Below, in pieces: positions 12,057 to 22,482 of a stretch of DNA of 64,000 nt; position 1 is the first letter of the stretch; each line of letters begins with the position of its first letter. The stretch lies in the NCBI GenBank assembly GCA_000004985.1, contig GG738867.1, one strand, 5' to 3'. The translations under genes were made by a program, and so were the position numbers. Under the pieces are notes generated by a model, which ran no database searches, was not told the origin of the DNA, and was given only the letters and a program-made list of their open reading frames with translations. This DNA is from Naegleria gruberi (taxonomy: Eukaryota).

Positions 12057-13453
12057 ATGAAATTCGTAATTGACAAGAGTGCACTTACCCATAATGCCTC
12101 GATACCTCTTGTTGGAGGATTGTTAACATTGAATGTACAACATAGCAATCCACAGGCAGGATCATCTTCACCATTATCCATTTCTGAAGATAATAGTAGT
12201 AATACATCATCATCAGTTAATAATAACACTCCGATCAATGTTGCCAATAATAACAATCAAAATTGTAGTCATGGTTGCCAGCATCATGATCATCACCATC
12301 AACATCAACATCGCCATCACAACAAGGACACTCAACCTCTCCTTCACAATCATCCTCACCTCGAGGAAGATAATTCAAAGAGAAGAAAAAAGGATGATTG
12401 TTGTTCATCATTTGTCAAATGTTGTCAATCTTCTCTGTTACCTGGAGTTGTTGCATCACTCTCTGTTGGTGCCTATCTTGTTGGTGCTTTTGTCATTGTT
12501 CCATTCGCCTTTCCTCTCTTCAATCCTGTAAAATCAACCAACATTATGATAATTGTTCATATTTTGAATCAAATCTTTGGATTGTTTGAATTGAGTATGC
12601 TGTTACTCAGTTATTTCAGATGTATGAAAACAAATCCCGGAATAGTTTCAAATAATTGGCAAGAAACATTCTCTGATGAAGAATTAAAAGTTCTTCTCAG
12701 TTTGGAACCACAAAAGAATGGAGAACCAAGATATTGTTCAAAAACTGGAATGATAATACCTCCTAGAGCTCACTTTTCATCAGTTCAAAAGAAGGTTGTT
12801 TTGAGAATGGATCACTATTGTGTTTGGGTTAATAATTGTGTTGGATTGTACAACCACAAATATTTCTATTTATTTTTAACTTATTTAGGTAAGGAGTTTG
12901 ATGAAAGTTATATTAATTGTTTCAAGTTATTGCAATTACTCACTTTTTTGGAATTACAATTTTTGTTGTCATTGAGTTTATTAAGGATTCACAAAATATT
13001 GATGTTGCAGTTTTTCTATTAACACTTGTATTTAACGTCTTTTTGGTACCAATGTCATGCATGATTTATTTATTCTGGGGCTGGAATACTTATTTAATCT
13101 TGTTGAATCAAACATCTATTGAGAATTATCAATTATCTGAAAAGAGAAATAGAGCTCGTATGAAGAAACTCAACACTGAACATTTGAAATATCTCAATTT
13201 TTACAATATTTCATTCATGGAAAATGCCAAACAGGTGATGGGAAGAACAGTTTGGAAATGGCCTTTCCCAATACCTGACAATCTTGGAACTGATGGTTTC
13301 AGATATCCAACAGTATTACCATACGATACTATTATTGAAATGCAAAAGGAAACATTCACTCACGTACTCCCAGACCAATCTCACAGACCACCAAATGATA
13401 GACGAAGAAGTTATGACAGTGACTATAGTGACAGTGATGATGAAATGGTATAA
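12057..13453 (+). CDS. DHHC-type palmitoyltransferase, 2 exons
   Basis: Exon 1 is 12057..12888 (gtaagg donor) and exon 2 is 12927..13453. The catalytic motif is CSKTG...DHYCVWVNNCVG. A downstream TTxE-like motif (TSIENY) and four TM helices are present. The N-terminus carries a His-rich tract (HHDHHHQHQHRHH). Confidence 0.85.
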
Positions 13454-13601
13454 ATTTATTATTGATTTATTTGAACATTCAAATATATAATACATATTGG
13501 ATTGGATTAATTTATTTACATTATTTAATACAGATAAATAGTAGTACTCTCTTAGATCACATACAGAAGTGAAATTGAATCAATTAATTGAGGAATGCGG
13601 A

Positions 13602-13805
13602 CTATTTTTCATTCGAAGATGATGTTGATGATACATTCTCTTTTCTATACTTTTGTTCGAATTGTTTTAATTGTTGCCACATTCCACCTTCACCACTCTG
13701 ACTATCTTTTACAAACTTTGGCTTGACATCTTCAAAAATTCTCTCGACATCATAATTCTTGTAAACGTACATGCCTGAGGCAAATCCTGCAAGAAAGACG
13801 AACAT
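13602..13805 (-). CDS. Small membrane protein (67 aa) with N-terminal TM carrying a GxxxG motif; possibly ATP synthase subunit e-like
   Basis: The first ATG that follows the upstream low-complexity read-through yields MFVFLAGFASGMYVYKNYD... with a charged coiled tail. The upstream part of track ORF 13602..13949 is probably leader sequence containing a (TTTG)n microsatellite. Confidence 0.35.
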   Translation of the reverse strand: MFVFLAGFASGMYVYKNYDVERIFEDVKPKFVKDSQSGEGGMWQQLKQFEQKYRKENVSSTSSSNEK

Positions 13806-14280
13806 TTTGTAGTTGATATATTTGTTGTTGTTTTGTTTTGTTTTGTTTTGTTGATTTTCTCCAATGTTCTCTCTCAATCTCTTCAATTTATCTGAGTTTA
13901 AAATTAGATAAAATTGATTGAGCTGTGTGTTAAAATACGTGTTTTTCAAATCATGATACGACTGCTATCAATTTGAATTGGAAGATTTGATGGACTTTAG
14001 CGGACATAAAGTAATGGCAATACAATCAATTTTATTATCCAACATTGTTGTAAAGAGGTTTGATTTCAGGGATTTGATTGAATGGGCATGTATTAAGCGC
14101 ACTGCTAAATGTCCAACATTTCATATTGATTAAGGATTCTATACATTATTATTCAATACCATTCCATTCACAGCAGTAAAGAACACACTGTGTTCAGAGT
14201 TTCATTATTTCGCCTGGTGTAACCCTCTGCACGTGGTTTGGCTTTGTTTAGTTTCAATTACATGTCAACTTTAAAAAAAA

Positions 14281-15519
14281 ATGAATTTTCAAAGTGTTGC
14301 TTTTCCTGATGATATTTGTTTTGAAGTGTTCAAGTATTCAGAGCAGAAACACATGCTTGCCAACTTTCTTGTTTGCCAGCAATGGTTTCGTATTGGAATG
14401 ACAAGATATTCGTTTTCTATTAAACTAAATCAAACATCACAGCAATTAAACAAGTGGTGGAAGAGATTAGTTTCGGATAAAATTGATCACAAGTGGGGTT
14501 TTACAGGATCATCAATTAAAAAATTAAAATTCTCACATTTGACAATCAAATCAACAGATTTTATGAAAATTTATTCGAATATGAAAAATTTAAAATCACT
14601 TTCCATGAAAAAGTGCAGAATTGAAAAGAAAGATTTTGTTTATTTAATGAAAATTAAACAATTGGAAAGTTTGAATATTATCCCACATTTCTCAAATATC
14701 ACAAATGAAGAGATTTGCAAAATTTGTACGAATTTAACAAATTTGAAAGATTTTGGAATTAGTGGAATGTCATTACAATATAAAACTCTTCAATATATTA
14801 CAAATATGAAAAGTTTAACATCATTGGATATTTCAAATACTGAATTATATGAAGAATATTTGCAAGAAATTGGTAAAATGACTCATTTGACCTCTCTTAA
14901 TATTGGAGATAATGGGACGATTCCACTACAATATATTAAATCATTAGCAGGATTGAAATCATTAAATATTAACGGAAGATTTATCAATAATGGATTTTAT
15001 GAGCTGAGAGAATTGAAGGATTTACACTCATTGACAGAGTTGAGTGTTTCACACAATACAATTAAAACGAAAGGACTAAAGTACTTGATTGACACATTTC
15101 CAGATTTGACAAGTCTTGATATTTCTTACAATGGATTGGGAAGTATCAAGAAAATTAGAAAATTGAAACATCTTACAAAACTGGACATTTCTAATAATTC
15201 TATTAGCGATCAAGATCTCATATATATAACTTGTCTTCCTCAACTGACAAAACTCAACATTTCAAGTAATCAGATTACAGATAATGGAGCACTACTATTT
15301 GCTTCCATGGAAAGTTTGAGAAATATTGATGTCCGTTTCAATGACATCACAAATGACAAGGTATTTCAAGGAATGATAAATTTGGAAAAGCTAAAATTCA
15401 AATCATTCTCTCTTGAACCTTCTTCAAGAAAAAACAAGGATGGTCAAGCATGTTTATCAATTCTATTTACTCTGTTCATTTCCTTAATTACAATGTATTT
15501 CATGTATTTTAAAAGGTAA
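14281..15519 (+). CDS. Leucine-rich repeat protein with F-box-like N-terminus and C-terminal hydrophobic segment
   Basis: 412-aa ORF with about 12 LRRs (LxxLxLxxN). The N-terminal segment DDICFEVFKY is F-box-like. Confidence 0.65.
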   Translation: MNFQSVAFPDDICFEVFKYSEQKHMLANFLVCQQWFRIGMTRYSFSIKLNQTSQQLNKWWKRLVSDKIDHKWGFTGSSIKKLKFSHLTIKSTDFMKIYSNMKNLKSLSMKKCRIEKKDFVYLMKIKQLESLNIIPHFSNITNEEICKICTNLTNLKDFGISGMSLQYKTLQYITNMKSLTSLDISNTELYEEYLQEIGKMTHLTSLNIGDNGTIPLQYIKSLAGLKSLNINGRFINNGFYELRELKDLHSLTELSVSHNTIKTKGLKYLIDTFPDLTSLDISYNGLGSIKKIRKLKHLTKLDISNNSISDQDLIYITCLPQLTKLNISSNQITDNGALLFASMESLRNIDVRFNDITNDKVFQGMINLEKLKFKSFSLEPSSRKNKDGQACLSILFTLFISLITMYFMYFKR

Positions 15520-15849
15520 TTACTACTATTCGAAATATTAAGAGAACATCAAGAGTCATTGGTAACACTTTCTTTCGGAATGATTTCTTTAATGATGACT
15601 GAAATTTGTAAACAACTAAATAGATTAGCTATTTATTATGATCTTAAAGTATTTTCTTAATAAACTGTAGTTATCTGTAAACAGCTTAACAACTTTTCTT
15701 CCTGAAATTTAATAATTAATCGAAGACGAACCTGCTTGTTGTGGTGTGCAAGACAGCTCAGAAACAACTGTTGATGGAGGGGACAGCCTATTCTTTGAGA
15801 ACATGGTCGTAAAACAACAAATCTACACACCTTTGGCAACCACCATGAG

Positions 15850-16506
15850 ATGGAAAAATCATTTCTCGAGCACTATCCCTCTTATTATGAGAAAGCCATG
15901 GCCAAGCAGTGGGTAGTCTCTTTTGCATTTACACACATTCGAATCAAAGGTCAAAACATGTTTCAACAGGAACAGCCTTGTATTTCACCAAGACATTTGG
16001 TAACTGCCCAACATGTTGTGAAACCAACAAGGAATTTAGATGGAAATGCATTTAATTTAACATCCATTCTAATTGATTTCTCTCCCGAAGCAAGTACTAA
16101 TCACTTCTCTCCAAACAACCCGTGGTTGAAACTCTTACGGCCTGTAGTAAAAGAAAGTGTTGGAATGGATGAGTGTGCACAGATGGGGGGAGCCGAATGT
16201 TGGAAGTCAGTTAATGATTTTGCATTCCTTTCATTTGAAGATTGCAACTACAAACATGATTACTTTTTATTGCCCACATCTATTAAGGTTATACAACAGT
16301 TGAGTTCAATGCTAGTTGTTGGATTCCCGAATAAAATTGAAAAGAAAGCATTCCAAGAAGAGTACACCAGAGACAAACAAGAACAAAACAAGAAGGATGA
16401 GTTTTACGAGAGAATGAGAGAATTAATGTCAGGTTTTGAACGAAAAACATTAAGTTTTGGATCTGGTATGGTGAAAGATATGGTGAAGAACAAACTAAAA
16501 TCTTGA
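15850..16506 (+). CDS. Hypothetical protein (218 aa)
   Basis: Intact ORF with coding-like composition. LVTAQHVV faintly resembles the trypsin-fold His region. Not assignable. Confidence 0.4.
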   Translation: MEKSFLEHYPSYYEKAMAKQWVVSFAFTHIRIKGQNMFQQEQPCISPRHLVTAQHVVKPTRNLDGNAFNLTSILIDFSPEASTNHFSPNNPWLKLLRPVVKESVGMDECAQMGGAECWKSVNDFAFLSFEDCNYKHDYFLLPTSIKVIQQLSSMLVVGFPNKIEKKAFQEEYTRDKQEQNKKDEFYERMRELMSGFERKTLSFGSGMVKDMVKNKLKS

Positions 16507-16574
16507 TTAAGAAAAATTCCTTACAATCCTAGGTGTTGTAAAAGATTTAGTACTCAGAAATTAACATAATGAAT

Positions 16575-16693
16575 GGCTACGGCCATATCACGATGAATGC
16601 ACCTCATCCCGTCCGATTTGAGAAGTTAAGCATCGTCGAGCCACATCAGTACTGAGGTTGGAGACAACTTGGGAACCTGTGGTGCTGTAGTCT
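16575..16693 (+). rRNA. 5S ribosomal RNA
   Basis: The 119-nt sequence GGCTACGGCCATATCACGATGAATGCACCTCATCCCGTCCGATTTGAGAAGTTAAGCATCGTCGAGCCACATCAGTACTGAGGTTGGAGACAACTTGGGAACCTGTGGTGCTGTAGTCT aligns to the eukaryotic 5S consensus along its whole length, including the box C region. The 5' and 3' ends pair to form helix I. Confidence 0.9.
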
Positions 16694-16698
16694 TTTTT
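16693..16698 (+). terminator. Pol III terminator T-run after 5S rRNA
   Basis: A TTTTTT run directly follows the 5S 3' end. Confidence 0.7.
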
Positions 16699-17083
16699 CT
16701 CTATAAAACCAGATCTATTCTAACAAAAGCGCACTATTATTGGGATTCTCCTTCAATTGTTGTTTTAACACCACCACATTGCAATCCTTTGAATATTGTA
16801 GACATACAATAGATTCTTTGAATAACCCTTTCACCATCACCAAATGATGTACTTCATCCTGAAATCTTGGACACCTAGGAAATATTTGGCTGTTGTGGTA
16901 AATTAGGTACCAGCTTAAAAACAAAGCAAAATGAGAAACACGTTTCATCATTTGGCGAAATCACAATGCAAAACCATACAATCTATTTAATGACTTAAAG
17001 TCTTTTCGAAATATTTAGAGAATTTTATCAAAATTTTTATTAGTTTTACGCAAATAAATTAGTTAGTTTTCAATATAATACAA

Positions 17084-17758
17084 TTATTGCTTGTTAGCAA
17101 AGATACATCCACCAGTTCCAGTTTGACCACTGACAGGACACTTATCACACTTTTCAACAATTCCATGTCTTGAATTATCATCAACATAATATTTGGCAAA
17201 CAAATCATTTTGAATCCACAACAACTTGTTGAAAGCCAACAATGTCTTGACTCTTTGTTCTTCACTCAAATCCTTACAAGTAGCAATAGTTCCCAACAAG
17301 ACATCAGAAACATAACCAAATAAGGCATTGATGTGAATATAATCAATAATAATATCCTTATTACCAGCCTTGGCAGTGTGAATCTTACCAACCCAATCCA
17401 AATAATTAACAAAAGCCTTTGATGTATAATCAGCAGTGACAAGCTTGACAAGATACTTGCTCAACATGTCCTTTCTGAATCTGATTTGTTCACTAGCCTT
17501 ATCATCTAATTCATCCAAATTTTCTTCCATCTTTCCTTCAAATTGATCATTTCTAACAAGGAAAGTTCTTTTAGTAACATCAAAACTGAATAACTTTTTG
17601 TAAACCAAATCAACAACAGTTGGAACCAAAGGAGCCAAAACTGTAGCAGATTCATGAATATACTTGATATCTTCTTCACCAAAACCAATAAATTTGGTAA
17701 CATAGCTGAATCTATATTGCAAGTCAGTGAAAAGTTGCTTTTCTTCGATAGTTTGCAT
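17084..17758 (-). CDS. Globin-sensor/protoglobin-like domain protein (tentative) with Cys-rich C-terminus
   Basis: 224-aa ORF. Family assignment rests on overall helical pattern only. The C-terminus is Cys-rich (KCDKCPVSGQTGTGGC). Confidence 0.4.
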   Translation of the reverse strand: MQTIEEKQLFTDLQYRFSYVTKFIGFGEEDIKYIHESATVLAPLVPTVVDLVYKKLFSFDVTKRTFLVRNDQFEGKMEENLDELDDKASEQIRFRKDMLSKYLVKLVTADYTSKAFVNYLDWVGKIHTAKAGNKDIIIDYIHINALFGYVSDVLLGTIATCKDLSEEQRVKTLLAFNKLLWIQNDLFAKYYVDDNSRHGIVEKCDKCPVSGQTGTGGCIFANKQ

Positions 17759-18328
17759 TTTGTATTGTTGTTGTTGTTGTTTTTTGTTTGTTGAATTTGT
17801 GTGTTAGAGAATTAAAAAGCAAGTGGGTTTTATAGTCCAATTGCATGCGTGGAAATGGTTCAATGAACGATGCAGTTATGCTTTTTGGAGAATTTACAAC
17901 CAAGTTGAATATTCTAATGTGAAATACCATTTGTGCGTTTTTTTGTAATGAGACAAATATGGGCATAAAAATGACCACTAGGAGAATAACGAACAAAAAA
18001 GGTGATAAGAAAGAGTATCAAAAAAAGGCGCGATAAAGATTCAATCCATGGAAATGATCTTGAAGACAAAACAGATTGATTCCATACTCAATTGTATGTT
18101 GAGATCATTTTGTTATCTATTATCTCCCGGCTGTAATGTATACAATTATACAAAAACAAGCCTTTGATGAGGATTCACCCAACCTGGTGAACCTGTATTA
18201 CTTACGGAATTGATTGGCAAATCAAGGAATCCATGGAATCATTCTGATTAAGAATATATTATTTTTAATTAAATAATAAAATAATTTAATTTTCGGAATG
18301 TGATGAGAGTAAGGATGTGTTGAGATAA

Positions 18329-18949
18329 TTATTGTTTTACAAATTTGGAAGTGAATTGTTTCTTTGTAAAGGCTAATAAATATCTTGCATAGAGAAAATG
18401 TAAATTCAATATAATTTTATCAACTACTGGTGGTAATTTGGCATGTGGTGAATCACTCATCATGGAACTTCCAAAGTTTAGTTGAACTTTCTTATTCGAT
18501 TCATTGGCTAATTTCAACCACAATAAATAACCATCACTTGATCTGAACATGATTTCATTCTGATTCTTTTCAATGACTTTAAATTCAGATACCTTATCAC
18601 CAATATCAAATTTACATTCGTCCACTTGTTGTTCACTTGTTACTTGACTATCTAATATTCTAGTTTGTGTTCTAAACAATGGATTGGAAAAGAATGAATT
18701 TGCCAATTGATCAATAGTAAAACTTCCATCTTTTGGTAATTCAATAAATGTTCTATAATGATCAATTCCACACAATGAAGGTTCACTTGGATTTCTCTGT
18801 GAAAAAGTTCCTAACAAGTCATGTTCAGCATTTTCATAACAATAATTGACATTGTAATATTTCTTGACGAGAAGATAATCAGCAGAGACGGCACCAAGTG
18901 TTAATCCTGTTGTGAAAGTAAGAAGCTTTCGAATAGACATTTTTTTCAT
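18329..18949 (-). CDS. Hypothetical protein with N-terminal hydrophobic segment (206 aa)
   Basis: Intact ORF. The N-terminal segment LLTFTTGLTLGAVSADYLL could be a signal peptide or anchor. Confidence 0.45.
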   Translation of the reverse strand: MKKMSIRKLLTFTTGLTLGAVSADYLLVKKYYNVNYCYENAEHDLLGTFSQRNPSEPSLCGIDHYRTFIELPKDGSFTIDQLANSFFSNPLFRTQTRILDSQVTSEQQVDECKFDIGDKVSEFKVIEKNQNEIMFRSSDGYLLWLKLANESNKKVQLNFGSSMMSDSPHAKLPPVVDKIILNLHFLYARYLLAFTKKQFTSKFVKQ

Positions 18950-20398
18950 TTCGTTTTATGTATTCAAAGAGTTTCTTCAAATTTCAAATGTTTTTCATGA
19001 TTATTATGATGTTACATGTAAGGGTAAGTCCAAAGTAAATGGTGGTCAATGGGTATGTTGGAGGTTTCGGCTGAGTTTGGATCTGCCAACATCAGATGAT
19101 TCCTTCAGCAACCAAAGGGAATTCAGTACAATCAATGGCTGAGCGGGCCACCAATGGTTGGGCGGGCCACCAACAACATTTCGCCGCACCAACAACATTT
19201 GACCGCCTCAACTGCTACAGGCGCAAAGGTAGCAGGAGGCCTCTACCGGTCAACATTAAAAACATGGAAGACTGATTTTGTCATCATTCAATATGGAGTC
19301 TGTATTCAGCTTGATACAGTGCGAATTGTTTCTTCATTGATTTGGGATGGAATTTCAGACAGAAATTGAGTTGTTGCTCTCCGTTATTGTTCACTTAATC
19401 AAAGTCCCAAGCCTACGAAAACTAATCGAATGCACTTCATCCACACTCTCATCCTCCAACTCATCATTGGTTCATCAACACTCTCCTAGACCAAATCTCA
19501 ACCAAAGAAGCCGAACATTGTTGTATCTGTTGGAAGAGAACTTCTTAAAGAATTTCAAACCACTCTTCATCGTTTCTTAATGTCAAAGTTGATCAATTAC
19601 TGGCAAACATGTTGTCCTCACCTATTATCAGAAATGTAACATCATGATAAGGATTTTGTTTGCAACTAAAATCATCAATAATGGTCAAGATGACAGAAGA
19701 AGAATTAGAAGAAGAACTTGAGCGTACTTTTACCCTTTCAGATTTGCAATAATTAAAGCCAGCCAAGATATTATACTGCCCAAACCAAAATCAAATCCTC
19801 AATCAATATCAGAACTTCCGCTGAGATCAGCCAAGACCTAAAACGGAAACTCCACCAACAAGAAGAAAAGTCATAGAACCCAACAACATACCACATACCA
19901 CCAAGCACAGAAGAAGATATTACTCATTTAATGATGCAGATGTGGTGTATAAGGTAACAAGAGAAGTAGAAATGCTACTAAGCATATTGGCATGACTAGC
20001 ATTAGCTTTGTTTTGTTGGAGCGGCCAATTAATGTTGGCCCGGGCAAATAGGTTTTGGCGTGGCGGGAAACCATTGGCGTGGCTGGCTTTTATTTACTCC
20101 CCCAGCAACAATTGGCTACCTCAACAACCAAAAAAAGTACCAGAAATCATCTACCGCCACCAGTACACACGATTTTGGAGTTACCCTCTTTGGAAAGGAT
20201 GGAGTGTCAAGTAACGAAGGCGCTTCAATTCAATCAACTAACCAATCAATATCTGAAAATGGCTAAAGAGTCGCAGATTTTTTGATTGACCAGGAGAATC
20301 CTTTGCTAGGTCAAAAATATATGAAATTCAAAAAAAGTCTTATTAACATCTTCTAAAAAAAAAAGAATAATCACCTTAATTTGGCAATAATTGGTAAA

Positions 20399-20487
20399 AG
20401 GCGACTGAGGGAATTGAACCCTCGACCCTCAGTTATCTCGACATTTCTGCCTACAAGACTGATGCACTGCCACTGTGCTAAGCCGCC
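20399..20487 (-). tRNA. tRNA-Thr(UGU) with a 17-nt intron (tentative isotype)
   Basis: On the minus strand the 7-bp acceptor stem is GGCGGCT/AGTCGCC with one G-U pair. The D arm is GCAC-AGTGGCA-GTGC and the T arm is GAGGG-TTCAATT-CCCTC. The anticodon stem TCAGT/ACTGA is formed only if 17 nt (GGCAGAAATGTCGAGAT) are removed 3' of position 37. The loop is C-T-TGT-A, giving anticodon UGU. TTTT follows the 3' end. Confidence 0.7.
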
Positions 20488-20707
20488 TTACAATCGATGA
20501 ATTCACTCAAAAATAAATGCAAAACAATTGCTAAAATAAAAGTGTTTATCTTAAATTCCTCATTCTAACTCTCTATTCCAATCTTTACTCATTCACATAT
20601 TCACAAACACAAATCAAAAGAACTTTAATTGCCAATTATCTAAGTTTGTGAGCTCATGTCATTCGTGCCAACACTAAATTATATATCAAACTTGAATTGT
20701 CATCAGA

Positions 20708-22456
20708 TCATTCGAATGGTTCATAGGATGAAGTATTATTCTCTTCCGATGTTTGTTGATTCAGAGATGTGGTGAGTGTTGACGTCTCACAGGAATTTGT
20801 TGACTTTTCCTTATTGAAACATTTGTAAAGTGTTAAAAATTCTTCCTTATCAAATTCCATAAAGGCCACCCCAATTCCAAGCAAAGTACTACTCAAATAG
20901 GTTGATAATGAGATGAAAGTCAAAATACCAGGTCCAATAAAAGTTGGTTGGGACAATGCCAACACAGCATAGGACAAGGAAATGGCAAATAGAATTACTG
21001 ATGAGAAAATGATAAATCTAACATGCTACATGTATCATTTAAATCCATATTCCAAAATATTAGCTTACTTACATTTGTTTGCACTAGGTTAATATCTGAT
21101 AATTGTTTCATTACTCGATGAGTATAAAGTGAGGCACAAATAAATACTTGATTTTTCATGTTAATTTTTCAAATTGGCTTGGAACTTACCACACAAGGCC
21201 GCAAATGAAAAAACTGACAAGTAAATGTAATAGAACATTTGAAATTGTCCCATGTCATTTGGAAATGCAACAGAGGCAACTATTGGTGAAATTATTCCAA
21301 CTGTAAAAAAGAGTAAACCTAGGAAAATGTAGCAAACTCTTACTGAAATAGTTATTTTACGAGCTCTCGCTAACTCAACAATTCTATACAAGCCGAAAAT
21401 CCAAGCAAATAAACCGAATATAGAAATAATATTAGAAAGAGCTGCAAAAATCAAGGTAGTCTTAGAATAAGAATCTGATGCCAGAATCTGCACACTTGCT
21501 ATTATCTGAAATAGAAATCCAATCACAACACAAGAGGTTGGAATCAAATTAGCAAACCTTTTAGTTTTGACAACTTTTCCTAATTTTGGAATAAAACCTG
21601 CAAAAAAGATAATTACAGAGAGAATGAAATGTGTAAATGTCACACCAATTCTCGTTATTAAATTTGCAATCATATCATTCATTCCAAATGTGCATTTGGG
21701 TCCAAACGATTTGCTCTCCACACACGAGCATATATAGGAATAGGTTCCCAATAAAGAACTCTTCACAATTTGACTATTATTAACCAAAATGGGAAATCCA
21801 AAGATTGTATATCCACAATAGAGTATTGATCTTGGAAATCCAAGAATCATTTCTCTAGCAATTGAATCTCTCGGCTGGCATGTACCTTCCAAGATTCTCC
21901 TCTTGTAATTCCTCGATTCCTCTCCACAATATTGACATGCATTAATCCAATCAGTTAACATGGTCTCTCCATTCGTTGAATTGTAAATAAAATCATTCAA
22001 AGAACCAATTCCATTATTCAACATCATCTGCGACCGATCACACAACAATTCAGTGCACGAACTATTCATAATTCTCTCCCAACGTTTCACACTTTGGCAA
22101 ATATCAAAACTCTCTTTCGGAAGCAGTGCAATATCATTAATAAATTCATAGAACTTTACATGAATATTCATTTCATAATATTTAGCTAGTTTTACATTTT
22201 CACATGAAAAGAAGGGTGAAATTTCTTCTGAATTTAATGCATGTTTTCTTAATTCTGCACCATTGGTCATCAATTCGGAGGCATTCCTACAATTTTCAAA
22301 GGAATTTAATTGTGTATAATTTTCATTCCACTCAGTCGTTGATGATTTGTTAATCATCATGAATAATAGAACAATTATTTCCGCAAACACAACAATAATA
22401 TTCTTCCTATTTGTGATCAATGCTGGGCTGGGTGTGATCTTCCCTTGTCTCGTCAT
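20708..22456 (-). CDS. Paralogue A of a Cys-rich-ectodomain multi-pass (probable 7TM) receptor-like family, 2 exons (~518 aa)
   Basis: Exon 1 is 22456..21190, with a phase-1 gtaagt donor, and exon 2 is 20997..20708, after an atcag acceptor. The protein has a signal anchor and an N-glycosylated ectodomain of about 200 aa with 12 Cys. Conserved ectodomain motifs are C-T-E-L-L-C-D, TDWINACQYC, CQPRD, FPRSILYCG, FGFPILV and CSC. Six to seven TM helices follow, with an acidic Ser/Thr tail. Confidence 0.7.
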
Positions 22457-22482
22457 TTTTTTAGGCTTTTTATAGATCTATT

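Noticed and set aside
16715-16951. 78-aa minus-strand ORF just downstream of the 5S gene
   Set aside because: There is no recognisable domain, its composition is weakly coding, and it could be UTR. It is left unannotated pending transcript evidence.
20008-20285. Three overlapping 68-76 aa ORFs in the GC-rich island
   Set aside because: They are mutually overlapping in different frames with no codon bias. They are probably a consequence of GC-rich non-coding sequence.
20399-20487. Alternative reading of the tRNA as tRNA-Tyr(GUA)
   Set aside because: No anticodon stem can be formed that places GTA at positions 34-36. Only the TCAGT/ACTGA stem, with TGT at 34-36, is consistent.
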